DNA of 38,850 nucleotides from Macrostomum lignano (lineage: Eukaryota): positions 1-38,850 of the forward strand of contig NIVC01004663.1 of assembly GCA_002269645.1 (NCBI GenBank). Direction: 5' to 3'. The notes beneath the pieces are model-generated. The model did not search any database, was not told the origin of the DNA, and worked only from the letters and a program-made list of their open reading frames with translations. The translations under genes and the position numbers were made by a program. Below are positions 7,580 through 19,946 of this stretch, in pieces (the first letter of the stretch is position 1; every line of letters begins with the position of its first letter).

Positions 7580-8740
7580 GTTCAAGAACTCAAATTTCTT
7601 CAAGTGAACCTGCAGTCCGTGTTTGTAGGCGGTCCAAAACCTGTTCCAAATGCGAGTAGTGGTCTTTCCGAGTCCTCAAGAATATCAGGGTATCATCGAT
7701 GTAAGATATGATGAATGACAGTCCGTAAAAAACAGTCAATGAAGCGTTGAAATTTTGTGCTGCATTCCTCAGGCCGAAGGGCATGTGTGTACTCGAACAA
7801 TCCAAACGGTGTGGTGATAGCGGTTTTGCATATATCTTCTTCTGCGACTGGAATCTGATGAAGGGCGCGAACAAGGTCTAACTTTGAAAACACAGTGCTT
7901 CCGTGTAGGTACCGAGTGAAGGTATGAATATGTGGAACCGGATAGTTGTCCGAATTTGTTCGTTTGTTCAGTTCGCGATAGACACCGCATGGACGCCAGC
8001 CAGCTCCCTTGGGTGCCATGTAGAGGGGTGACGCCCAAGCGCTTGAGAATGGTCTGAGGTAGCCGGCATCAATTAACTGCTGAAACTCCTACTTTGCAGC
8101 CTGCAGTTTTGCAGGGTGCAGTTGCCAAGGTCGCAAGTGAACCGGTTCTCCACTACCAGTGTCTAGCCGGTGAACAGTCTCATGCTTGACCTCTGAATCT
8201 GGCGGAAGGGCTCCGCTTTCAACGAAAAAAAAACAATCTGCAAAATTTGTCAACAGCGTGCTCGTCCGAGAATCTAGGTTGGGTGGCAGTTCTACCGACT
8301 CAGTGAGTGGGCCACAATGAACATATGAAATTGACAAGGTAACAGTTGACAGTCCCGTTTCTGAGTCTCGAATGTGTTTGCGCTGGTAATCGACAACTAA
8401 CCCATGGTAAGCCAAGAAGTCGTAACCAATGATGGGTTTTACTACTGAAGGTCCACTGGAAGGTGCGATGCAAACCGGGGATTGAGAACATCCAGTAGGA
8501 CCGACCCGTGAATTTGTATGGCGGCTCCGGTAGCAGTAACTAAACGAATGTTTGCATAACAAGTGCGTTAACGAGGTGAGGTGGAACAATGGAAACCGAT
8601 CAGGCTCCGGTATCCACAATAAACTTGTAGGTATGTTTGATTTTAACATCCAACTCCAAACAGGTGGTCGACGGTGTTTCGGCACTGCGCACCGCGACCT
8701 CGAAAATCAACCAATTAGAGATAAGATGGAGGGAGATTTA
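7580..8740 (-). mobile_element. Degenerate Ty3/gypsy pol fragment (protease + RT N-terminal two thirds)
   Basis: FIVDTGA* at ~8620-8600; PIIGYDFL; SAWASPLHMAPK; [11 protein letters not shown]; [28 protein letters not shown]; [10 protein letters not shown]; SYIDD. Contains stops and frameshifts; no LTR seen. Confidence 0.92.
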
Positions 8741-10709
8741 CTCTTGCCACTTTGAATGCCAGTGCCACTTTTAATACCAGTGCCACTGTTATATGCCAGC
8801 GCCATTTTTTAATCTATTAGTCGAATAATCTTAACATGACAGAAAACTCTTTAATTTTAAACCTTGACATAAAAAGTCTTAGAAAAAAATTAAATTCACC
8901 TGTCCTTGTATGACCGCGCTTCTGCCAGCACAGCATCCTTCATCTCAAACATGGCTTTAATTTTCTCGCTGGTGAGCAGCTCACAGTTCTGGGCGGTCAA
9001 CCAGCCCGTCAAAGTATTCCGCCTTCCATCCAATGCCGTCCAATTCCTAGTGGGCTGCTTCAGGTAATGGTAGGTAATTAAAAATTACATTACTTTTTCA
9101 AGTGCGGACACCGTTTGTATTAACATTAAATAGGACAAACTGTCCAAGTGAGCGCCGATTGTGTCGCGCAGATCCTCGCTTATCAAACCCGGGATGTCGA
9201 GACACTGCATCAGCCGTTTCAAATAACAGCGGATTTCGCAGACCGTAGCCGGCTTTTTGCATCCACCGAGAGAGCCAGCTGTGATAGGACCCGCGGTCTG
9301 GCACTATGCGGAATTGGGCCAATCGTCTCGACCGCCCTAGAATTCTCCTGGGCTAATGGTCTCGCTATGAGTCTAGATTTCCGCTGGGCTACCTTTCCCA
9401 CGGTGTCTTTGTCTAACGGCAGACTATGAATCACCAGGACTTTTAACCGGTAATGACTAAGCGTCTGGCTCGGATTAACTGGGCTAAATGTCCCCGAACT
9501 CTTAGCTGACGGAGTGAGCGGTCTCTCTATTTCCGCTGACAGATATCCCAAATAACTTTAAATAGCGGTAGCTGCGATGCTTGGGCCTAAGGCAAAACTG
9601 CTTATTCTGCACCAGCTGAAGAGCGGTACCCTGAGATGGTCTGATAGAGTGCGACCGATAATTTCTTGATAAGTTGTGTTTCCTCTCAATTCGATAATCA
9701 ATCCCAATGCTATAATATAAATCACGAAATATAATAAATCACGAAAGGTAGTTCGCTGCCACCAATCAAAGCTATAAATTAAATTGACTGAGACAAGTCG
9801 CTTAGCAAAAGATTCAATTAGTTAAAACTTAATAACTTAAATTGTAAGTTCGAAACCGTAACTAACGAATATACATGTAACTATTAAACTGATAAATCAA
9901 CTAGAGCACAAGCAGAACTAAGATTAATAAACTTAATGATGGGTTTCGGCCTTTTCGGCCCCTTTCGGGAAGCCTTCGGGCCTCAAGTCTCAGAAATAAA
10001 TCTATTAGAGTCCTGGCCCCCCACTCCTGTCAGATGGTCAGCCCCATGGTAGCTTGATCTTGTGGCAAGCAGTCTAGGTCCTATAGCTAAGAGAGGGACA
10101 GCGAGAGACAAGCAGGGAGAATTTTGAAGGTAGAGATTAGCCAATCCGCAGATTAACTAACCCGCTGCCACCAGCCCGTGCGTTCAGGCTCACCAAACCG
10201 GGACTCTCGAAATCGGGCTTCCGACTAGAGGGGGCTTAGCACTTACCTGCCTGCCAACTAGTGTCTTTTTGCTGTCAATCTCGAAGTCATAGCCGATGTT
10301 AAGGGACACTGCTGGGACTTGATCGCATTGGCCATGCAGGTACAGAGGGGACTTGTGCAGGGGATTCTTGCAGTGGCGAGACTATGGGGTAGCTACATGT
10401 ACTATTACATTGCTAAATACGAGGAATTGTACTTTTGGCCTTCAACGCGCCAACTAGCCTCTCGTAGCGCTGATGATAGACTAACTCGAACTGCAGAGGC
10501 CGCATGATTCATTACAAGAGCCGCTTGGCGAATCTAGAGTGCACAGAGTATATCTCTAGCGCCGATTTGCTAACTGATTTGATAGATTGATCGACTGAGA
10601 ACTGCCTTGCCATTGGTCCACTGTAACCGGCGCCTACTAGCTTAGCTACTCATCTGAGGCTACTCATCTGAGCCATCGGCGAACAAAGAAATAAAACTGA
10701 TAAAAATAA

Positions 10710-10830
10710 CTGTCAGATTTAACCTTCTCCTTCAGGTTTAACTGTCAGATTGTCAGACTGTCAGATTTAACCTTCTCCTTCAGGTTTAACTGTCAGATTG
10801 TCAGACTGTCAGATTTAACTTTACACTTCA
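10710..10830. repeat. 48-bp tandem repeat, ~2.4 copies
   Basis: CTGTCAGATTTAACCTTCTCCTTCAGGTTTAACTGTCAGATTGTCAGA starting at 10710, 10758 and 10806 (partial). Confidence 0.85.
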
Positions 10831-12656
10831 GATTGAATTAGAGTTTCGGACTACTAACAGTATTATTGAATGATTTTTGCCTCGATAACAGCACTGCTGA
10901 ACAAAATGAGCAAAAGTGTGCGCCTAATCCAGCTACTGAAATAGGGGACAGGTAAGGAATCACCCAATCAAGCAAGTCTACGTAGCCTCTCAGCCAACCA
11001 ATCAGAAACTCAACAGCCGGAGACCAGGTAATCCACAGTGACCGAATCGGCTTAGTGCTTCGCAGCTGTAGGCCCGGGATGATGCTGATGTCACAATCTT
11101 CGCAGATAGCTAGCAGGTGATGTTCTTAATCTTGATGTTCGCTGCTGACGACCGGGGGATTCTTCCTTGATGATGATGGGGGGAGTCGCGATCCGGGGAT
11201 CAAGAGACGACGGTTGAGCTCCGGGAGGTCTAAGTTAGGCCAAAGTCCCAGGAGGCGGAGCAGGAGGGGGTGCAGGAGGTAGAGTCCGAGCGGGCCAAAA
11301 ACACCGGTTTAAATAGCCGCCAAGTGGACCGCAATTTGTTATAATGGAACACCTCGATGCTGATTGGCTGAGCCGATTTGTTATAACGCACGTCGAATTT
11401 TCTGATTGGCTGAGCTTGTTGTCACCCAAACTCACGTGACCAGAAGATCCTATCAGTTCCCTCGGGGCCATAAAAATACGACAGGTACGGTCATAAATCA
11501 CTAAAAATCGCTACATAATCATTTATGACCTTTTGCGTAGGAATGACTAAAATTATTGAAAAAATATACATTAGAAAGCTCTTATTAAGTAGAAAGTGAA
11601 TTAAGAAAAATCGCTAATCGCTAATCCCAACGTACTTTTAGGGGTAAAACGCATAGCTGTCAAAGCTGTCACACGCTTGGGTGAACACGAACAATAGGCC
11701 CTGACCTCATAAATCTTGATGACCTGTCAAAATGATGAGAAAAAAAGCTACCACCCGTATCCTCTCAGACTATCTGGCGCCAGTCTCAGCATTGAGTGAG
11801 GCGCAGGTGGCTGTCAGACCAGCTCGTTAGTAGGCTAGTAAGTTTGTAGCCAATGTGCGAGCGTGAAGTTTGGAAAAAAGTGCGTCCTCATCATTAACAA
11901 CCAAATAATTAGCAAAAACACATAAATAGATGCTCGGCCTCCTGTGTCCTTACCAATACAGTTTGTTAGAGCAAGTTAACGTTTAAGTCTGAGACCTAAC
12001 TATTCTCAATAATTCAGAGTTTCGATATCACTCGGACTCATGTCGAGTATTCGTAACTAGATATCTCACTAACTAACTATTCAAGGCCCGTGGTTGGACC
12101 AGGGTAACCACCAGCCAAATCTGTGGCAAAACCAAAAGGCCAGGGTAAAAGGGCGCGAAAATTCAAATTGGTGCGCGCGGTATTTTTACCCCGAAAGTTC
12201 AGTGCATTAAAACAAATAATTGTCACAACGTCGCGTAATTCCGGTACATTAATAATCGGCGCTTGTGCATGAATTTCAGTGAATAAACTTCCATGTATTA
12301 GTAATCCTATTTCTCAGTAGTAATTTTGCATAACTACGCATTATCCAAGGAGCCCTATCATACTTAGAAATACCGCTAGATGGGGGCGATATACGCTCGT
12401 ACACAGCTGCAAATATCACGCACACAGGCCCGCTACTCTTAGCATTTGTTGTAAAACCAGGGCGGAAAGCCAGGGGCCCCACGGATCAGCCCAAGTAGGG
12501 CTCTGCCGCTGGATCTGTCTGTGGGCCATACTACCAGGGGCATATAGCCCGAGAGGCCACGCTTGGGACCTGCAAAAACATTGGGACTACTAGCTCAAGC
12601 CTATGGACTAAGACACCGCCAACAACCAGAGTGTGAGCGCGAAAAATTTTGGAAAA

Positions 12657-12995
12657 GCGGTCCGAGAGTGGGGAAACTCCAAAGTCTACGGAAAAGGCTT
12701 TAGATTGGTGCCAGTCTGGGCAGCTATTTACCAAGTGCCAGACTCCTATCAGAAGACGAAAGGTACAAATTCCCCCTATAGGGCTGCTAGCCTCAAGGCT
12801 TTTTTATTCACCACCCAGCTCTAAACAATATTGGAGTATGCTTGAGCGGTCCGAGAGAGGGAATTTCCTAGTCTACGGAAAAGGCTTATCTATTGGAGCG
12901 AGTCTGGAAGCTTATTACCAGGGGCGAGTCTCCTGTCAGCAGAGCTCGAAATACCTATAGGGCTGCGAGCCTCAGGCTTTTTCGCTATCCAGCTC
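12657..12995. repeat. Diverged ~189-bp tandem duplication
   Basis: GCGGTCCGAGAG...AGTCTACGGAAAAGGCTT...AGTCTGG...CTCCT(A/G)TCAG...CCTATAGGGCTGC(T/G)AGCCTCA occurs at 12657 and 12846. Confidence 0.8.
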
Positions 12996-15689
12996 AATAA
13001 GGGCCAGGCCAAGGGGTTGGAGAGGGGCACAAGGAGCAAGAGGAATCCGTACTCAGCCGGTATTCCCCGATTCGGGACGAACTTATTCCCCAGGACTCCA
13101 ATCCACTGTCAGATATGAAAGCCGAGACATAAAAGCAGGGAACTTCCAGAGGAGACAGCAAGTGGACCAAGACTATAGTGCGCGCTCACCGAGGCGAGAT
13201 TGGCAACTCCAAATATTTGGGTGGCTCAAGTGCCAAGATAAAACAAGGGGAGATAAAACAAAGGAGGATCACACAACCTCAGCGACTCAGCCTCAGGGCT
13301 GGCATCAACTGGGCTCTACCGTACACTTTAGTGAATGGTCGTCTTTCCTGCGGGCGGGTGCGACCTGGGGGGCTCAAGTCCCGTTCTAGCCACACTGCAG
13401 TCCAGAATGCCAACCCACTCCAGGTACACCCCCCCCCCCTAAACCAAGGCCGAGGGCCGAAAATTGGAAATAAATGGGGTTATTTTTAGAATGAGTACAT
13501 TGTCTCCGGCAAGGACTCTTTTGATTGGGCTACCGAGAGATAGGCCAATTGGATTGCGTGCAACCCGAGAAATGCCACTAGAGAGGCAGCCGGGGTAAAA
13601 ACAGTCAGAGACCGTCTTTACTCTCAGCACTTTCTGACCGCCTTGACGCAGCACTGTCCCCTATAGAGGCTTCGGGGGTCGGAGTTTGCATTACGCTTCG
13701 TTTGATTTGCATTTATTTAATTTTTTCAATACTGGTTTTTATGCAGCTCAATCTAATAAATAAATACAATATAGATACACTTTAGCTCTTATAATAGTAA
13801 AATTAGACAGCTGCTGAAACTCTGAGCTGGTACGTAGTACCTTCCTTGCAGCAAATTTTAGCGGCTGGCAACGTTCCGGTTGGCAAATCTCCAGCTGTCA
13901 AAGTTCGTCGACCTTTCGATCTGAAATTTAAAGATAGGCCCAAGGGTTTTTGCCGTTTCGTTACTGCCAGTAGCAAGAAATGTAGCGATTTTCGCAAAAG
14001 ATTATAAATCAAGAAGAGAAAATTCGATGTTTTGCTTGTATTTTAAAACATTTTTTTGTTTTCTTGGACAAATAATAGAAAAACAAGTTAAAGTAGTGTT
14101 TTCAATTTAATAAAAGTGTTAAATTTGACCTTATTCATAAGGATTAAACGAGTTATTTACAACTTTTTTCAGCGTTCGGTTGATGATTTCTTCTTCGGTT
14201 TGATTTGAGTAGGCCATCCTGAACACGAACGTCACGAACAGAGCGAACAAAATCAAATCATTAACCGAACAGAGCTAGGCCTAAATTGTAAACAAATGAA
14301 AAAATTAAGGCACGTGTTTCATGCCTAATAAACAATAATTTTATACTGAATTCAACAAGTCTGAATTTAAAAATTAGTGTCAAAATAAAAATGTAATGAA
14401 ACTTTATTCAGACCCATGTCAATATAGACCTAACTTTTTGGTTAGGCCCCTAATGATGTTTTATAGGGGCCTACCCTACATAACCCAAAACCATTAAGTT
14501 CCCAATCCCCAATTAAATATATGGTAGCTTAACTTAAGTTCTAATAGGCACTTTTGTTGTTTAAAAATAGGCCCCCCTATAGCATTTTTAATAGCACATT
14601 AAGGGGACCTGCATAAGATTTCTACATTAAAACTTTTATTAAACAAGCCAAAGTAAAACAAGCATGTTTCTCCATATTTTAAACTTATAGACTATCATTT
14701 ATTAGTGTTTTTTAATTATACAAGACAAAGATATCTTGAGCATGGTCACCTTATCATAATATAATGGCAAATGCCAAAAATGCTAATAATCTAAAAATAC
14801 TTAAGTGAATTGTTTGTCTCTATGTGATAGATTTTTTAAAAAATGGCTCAATTAATTTTCTTCAAACTTACACTGTTTGATCAGAAATTTTCCTATAATG
14901 GTATATACATGCAAATTGCTCAATTTTAAAGGGATTAAATATTAAAAAAACATTTTTTTGCAAAGGTCAAATAGAATTTTCAACTTGAAATGCATTGAAA
15001 GAATGCTAAAGAAGAAATGACTAGCTGAATTCTGATTCTCAAAAATATTGCATCATATTTTTATTAGGTGCCCCAAAGAAGAGCATTAGATTGCTAGTAC
15101 TACTACTAAGTGCAAGAATATTAGGCCTTCTACTAGATGCAAGAAAGCAGTTAGATTTTTGTTCTTTATGATTATTAAGATAATAGTATTAGTTATAAAT
15201 TTATAAAATAAAATAAAAATCTTATATCTAAAGCTGAATGGATTGTTCAATTGACTAGCTAGGTTTAATGCATATCTCCTCTTAGAGGGCTACCAACTCA
15301 AATGAGTTGAAACAGGGAAATTAAGCTAAGTATACATAGCAATGTACATTGCAAACAGAGACTATAATAGATAGCTAGCACAGTGTCAAGCTTTAATTGG
15401 TTTTATTATTGTGCCTTTCAATAGGCAATAACTATAAGAAGAAAGACTTATATTGCTATAAAGATTGCTAAGTTTGGGGATATAAGTTGTTTGCTTTAGA
15501 TATAAAAACAAAAAGGCAGTATTCCAAAAACAATTTCAATACTTAAAAAAAATATGATCTCAATTGAACATTAAACAGAATCTTGAATTATTGCAATATG
15601 ATGGGGATGGGATAACTGATAATATTTATTGATAGATTGTAGCTTGAATGAAAGAGATGATATACAATGGATTGCAGTTTAATGGCAAG

Positions 15690-15986
15690 GATTTTGAAGA
15701 ATATCAGTTTCATGGAAAAGATGAAAAGTGAAATGAAAGGGAATAGAAGAAAGAGAAAAGGAAAGATGAAAGGAGACAAAAAGGAAAAGAAATATAATAT
15801 TAAAGGAAAGGGAACATGAGAAGAAAGAATTAAATTAAGAGATTAAATAGAAGAAAAGAGAGTAAGGCTAGAGAAAAGATAAGGGAGTTGAGAGGAAAGA
15901 AAAAAGGGGGAGCAGAAAGGTAAGATGAGGTAAAAAAGGAAAGGGTAAAGAGAATATATTGAGTAAGAGATATAAAAAATGATAGC

Positions 15987-16061
<75 letters not shown>

Positions 16062-16735
16062 CAGGATAGATGAGAGACAATAGATAAAAGAGTAGAGATG
16101 AGAAAAGAGAGATGAGAGACAAGAAAGGAAAGAAAAAGACAAGAGAAGAGAGAGGAGAAAAGTGAAAAGAGAAAATGGGAGAAATGAGATAGGAGAAAAG
16201 AGAAGGCAGATAAGAGAGCGGAGAGAGAAGAAAAATAGGAGAGAAGACGTGAGGGAATAGAGCCAAAAGATAAGAGAAAAGAGATAAGTGAGTAGAAATG
16301 AGAAATAAGAAAGAAAAATATAGAACAGGAGAGAAAGATGAGAAGAGAAATAAGAAAGCAGAGGAGAGATAAAGGAGAAAGTGGAGAAGAGGGAAAGATG
16401 AGATAGGAGAGAAGAAAAAGGGATAACAGAGGAGAGAGGAAAAGAGAGAGTAGAGCCAAAAGACAAAAAAGAAGAGAAGTGAGTATAGATAAGGGGAGAG
16501 AGAGGAGAAATAAGAGATGAAAGAGGAGAGAAGAAAAGGTAAAGAGGAAAAAGTAGTAAGGAGAAAGAAGAGAATAGATATAAGAGTACAGAGAGGATAG
16601 ATTAGAGATCAGAGAGTAGAGATAAGAGATAAGATAAAAAATGATAAGAGGGTAAAAATTGATAGAGGAGATGAGAGCAGAGAAGAGAGACTAGAGATAA
16701 GAGAGCAAAGAAGAGACAGGTAAGAGTCAGTCTAG
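15690..16735. repeat. ~1-kb purine-rich low-complexity tract with a pure (AG)~32 core at ~15995-16058
   Basis: Almost only A/G on the + strand. Confidence 0.95.
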
Positions 16736-17871
16736 ATGATGGCAATCAATTTTTGCAAATAGAAAACAAGATATGGTATTTGAGGTGTTATATTTAGAAT
16801 ATTTGGAAAGCATTTAGAAGATGAGATTTAGGTTATGGGATTCAGCTGATGGATTTCACAATGAAATTCTGGCAATGGGAGTTCTATTCCCTTATTCTAC
16901 TATTGGAGGAGTTGGCTTGTCATTATGTATAAATGTAAATTTTCCTAAACTAGGCCTATATTTCAATCATTTTTGTTTGTAAATGGAAACTAAATATATT
17001 TTAATTACAAACATTAGCATTATATAAAATATTTGCTAATAAGGCAAAGAAACATTTATCATTCAATGAATATCATACATATGCAACCCCTCTAGTTTAC
17101 ACTAAGTATGCAGCTTACTTTTTGACAAAAAATGCGAATCATCTGCAAAAGAAACCCTAATGCAAAAATTAACACAATTTGGATAAATGGCATGAGTAAT
17201 ATGATTGTCTTATTAGGGCTAAATGCCTAATCATCTAATTAGTACTATATCTATATTATTATTTTGTGGGTCATTTTTGCAACTTACCCCTGGTCTACCA
17301 TAATTTACCCTGGCCAGATTGGCCAGGTGGGCTAGCAGTTGCACATGTATAATAAATATTAACTTTCACTTGGTTTTCACTTGGTAAATAGTTTGTGGGT
17401 CATCATTTATTCTTAATTTTATTTTTAAGAATCTTTTCAATTGTTTCATGAAACAAAAACTAAGCTTGGTTGTTTTAATTATTTTTTGTTTTATTGTTCA
17501 CTTCTATCATTAAACATATATATCAAATTAAATTAATTCTACCAGTAATAATATTATATGAATTAGGATGAAATTAGTTTATGGAATTATTAAAGGCAAT
17601 TAAATTATTTGAATACTTGAAAATCTTTAAGATTTTAAAATATTTTTCATTGTTTTTCTATTAAATGTTATTTATCTTTAATACTTTTTGTTTTGATGGC
17701 TACAGCTATAGTAAATCTAAATTATGAGAGGACAGACTCCAAAGTGTTGATAAAATTTGGGTAATGTAGGTAAGATACTAATAGTGAAAAAAAATTCTGA
17801 TCATTATAAAATGTGTAACTAATATTTAGGATATGTTCTCTATTAAACTTATCCCTATTATGCAATCAAAT

Positions 17872-18781
17872 ATCCCCGATCTGCAACTACATATCCCCAA
17901 TCTGCAACCACATATCACCAATCTGTAACCACATATCCCAATCTGTAACCACATATCCCCAATCTGTAACTACATATCCCAATCTGTAACCACATATCCC
18001 AATCTGTAACCACATATCCGCCAATCAGCATTCACATATTCCCAATCTGTAACCACATATCCCAATCTGTAACCACATATCCGCCAATCAGCATTCACAT
18101 ATTCCCAATCTGTAACCACATATCCCAATCTGTAACCACATATCCCCAATCTGTAACTACATATCCCAATCTGTAACCACATCCCCAATCTGTAACTACA
18201 TATCCCCAATCTGCAACTACATATCCCCAATCTGTAACTACATATCCCCAATCTGTAACTACATATCCCCAATCTGTAACCACATATCCCCAATCTGCAA
18301 CTACATATCCCCAATCTGTAACTACATATCCCCAATCTGCAACTACATATCCCCAATCTGTAACTACATATCCCCAATCTGTAACTACATATCCCCAATC
18401 TGTAACCACATATCCCCAATCTGTAACCACATATCCCCAATCTGTAACTACATATCCCCAATCTGCAACTACATATCCCCAATCTGTAACTACATATCCC
18501 CAATCTGTAACTACATATCCCCAATCTGTAACTACATATCCCCAATCTGCAACTACATATCCCCAATCTGTAACTACATATCCCCAATCTGTAACTACAT
18601 ATCCCCAATCTGTAACTACAAATCCCCAATCTGCAACTACATATCCCCAATCTGTAACTACATATCCCCAATCTGTAACTACATATCCCCAATCTGTAAC
18701 TACATATTCCCAATCTGTAACCACATATCCCAATCTGTAACCACATATCCCAATCTGCAACCACATATCCCCAATCTGCAA
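17872..18781. repeat. 20-21-bp minisatellite (CATATCCCCAATCTGTAACTA)
   Basis: About 40 tandem copies; source of the spurious GICSYRL/WGYVVTD ORFs. Confidence 0.97.
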
Positions 18782-18867
18782 TCAAATTTCTTTCCAACTA
18801 TTTCAGAAACAGCGGCAATATTAGTAGCAGCCGTCGCTGTCGCCTCTCCCGTTGCTGCCAGTCGCCA

Positions 18868-19275
18868 ATGGCAACCAGATCAAAGCTGTTGCCGTCAGCA
18901 GGGACGCAGCCGCCGCCAAAGTCGCCATTATCAAGGAAACGACGTAGCCATCAGATAAACGACTCACCGTCTGCGCAGCGAACGTCTCCGAAGCCGGCAT
19001 CGCCTGGTCCGTCTCTTCGCAGGTCGAAGCGTCGCTGCGTTGTCCTGGGCAGCTTCCAGTCTCGCTTGGACTCCACTAGACAGTGCTCGCTGTGCGCTGA
19101 AGCTCTCACCGGGGAGCTGGCCAGCCCGGAGTCGTGTCCGGGTCACAATTTTCATCTGATCTGTCTCAACAACTGGCTGGATTTGCAACAGAAGTCCGGT
19201 GCCGGACCGCGCCGCCTGGCCTGCCCTATGGAGGCCTGCAAACGGGCCTTCACTACTATCTTCATTCGTAGAGAG
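18868..19275 (+). CDS. RING gene 1, exon 1 (RING-H2-like variant of the PHRF1/SCAF11-type RING)
   Basis: ATG 18868; CSLC..CPGHNFHLIC..CPMEAC; donor GAG|GTGAGC at 19276, phase 0. Confidence 0.8.
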
Positions 19276-19399
19276 GTGAGCGGTTTTTTCGTTTAATTCT
19301 TTAAGTCCTTAACTCCCCTTATCTCCCCCATCAACCAGTCAATTGTTGATTAGATATCACCTGTTATCTTTAATTACTAGATATCCACCATAATTAAAA

Positions 19400-19910
19400 A
19401 TCTCCATCACCATTGATTAGAATCCCCCTAAATCACCTGTCAATCATTGATTAGAACTCACCCAATCGCCTGTCAATCATTGTTTAGAACTCACCCAATC
19501 ACCTGTCAATCATTGATTAGAACTCACCCAATCACCTGTCAATCATTGATTAGAACTCACCCAATCACCTGTAAATTATTGATTAGAACTCCCCCAATCA
19601 CCTGTCAATCATTGATTAGAATCCCCCTATATCACCTGTCAATCATTGATTAGAATTCCCCCAATCACCTGTCAATCATTGATTAGAATCCCCCTAAATC
19701 ACCTGTCAATCATTGATTAGAACTCACCCAATTACCTGTCAATCATTAATTAGAATTCCCCCAATCACCTGTCAATCATTGTTTAGAATTCCCCTAATCA
19801 CCTGTCAATCATTGATTAGAACTCACCCAATCACCTGTCAATCATTAATTAGAATTCCCCCAATCACCTGTCAATCATTGTTTAGAATTCCCCCAATTAC
19901 CTGTCAATCA
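19400..19910. repeat. 33-bp intronic minisatellite (AGAACTCACCCAATCACCTGTCAATCATTGATT)
   Basis: About 15 copies inside intron 19276-19946. Confidence 0.95.
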
Positions 19911-19946
19911 TCTACAAGTATAAATCGATACCTACCCTATCCGCAG

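Noticed and set aside
10470-10495. CTGATGA...CGAA as a hammerhead core
   Set aside because: No GAAA, stem II is weak and flanking stems are absent.
15830-16466. Three ~130-210-aa Leu/Ser/Phe-rich 'membrane protein' ORFs
   Set aside because: They are translations of the CT-rich strand of the GA tract, which lacks stop codons for compositional reasons.
17970-18797. Long repetitive ORFs (GICSYRL, WGYVVTD), and likewise at 20477-21057, 24984-25709, 30517-31038, 32403-32699, 33791-34610 and 35911-36378
   Set aside because: All are minisatellite translations, open in several frames or strands and mostly inside introns defined by conserved exons.
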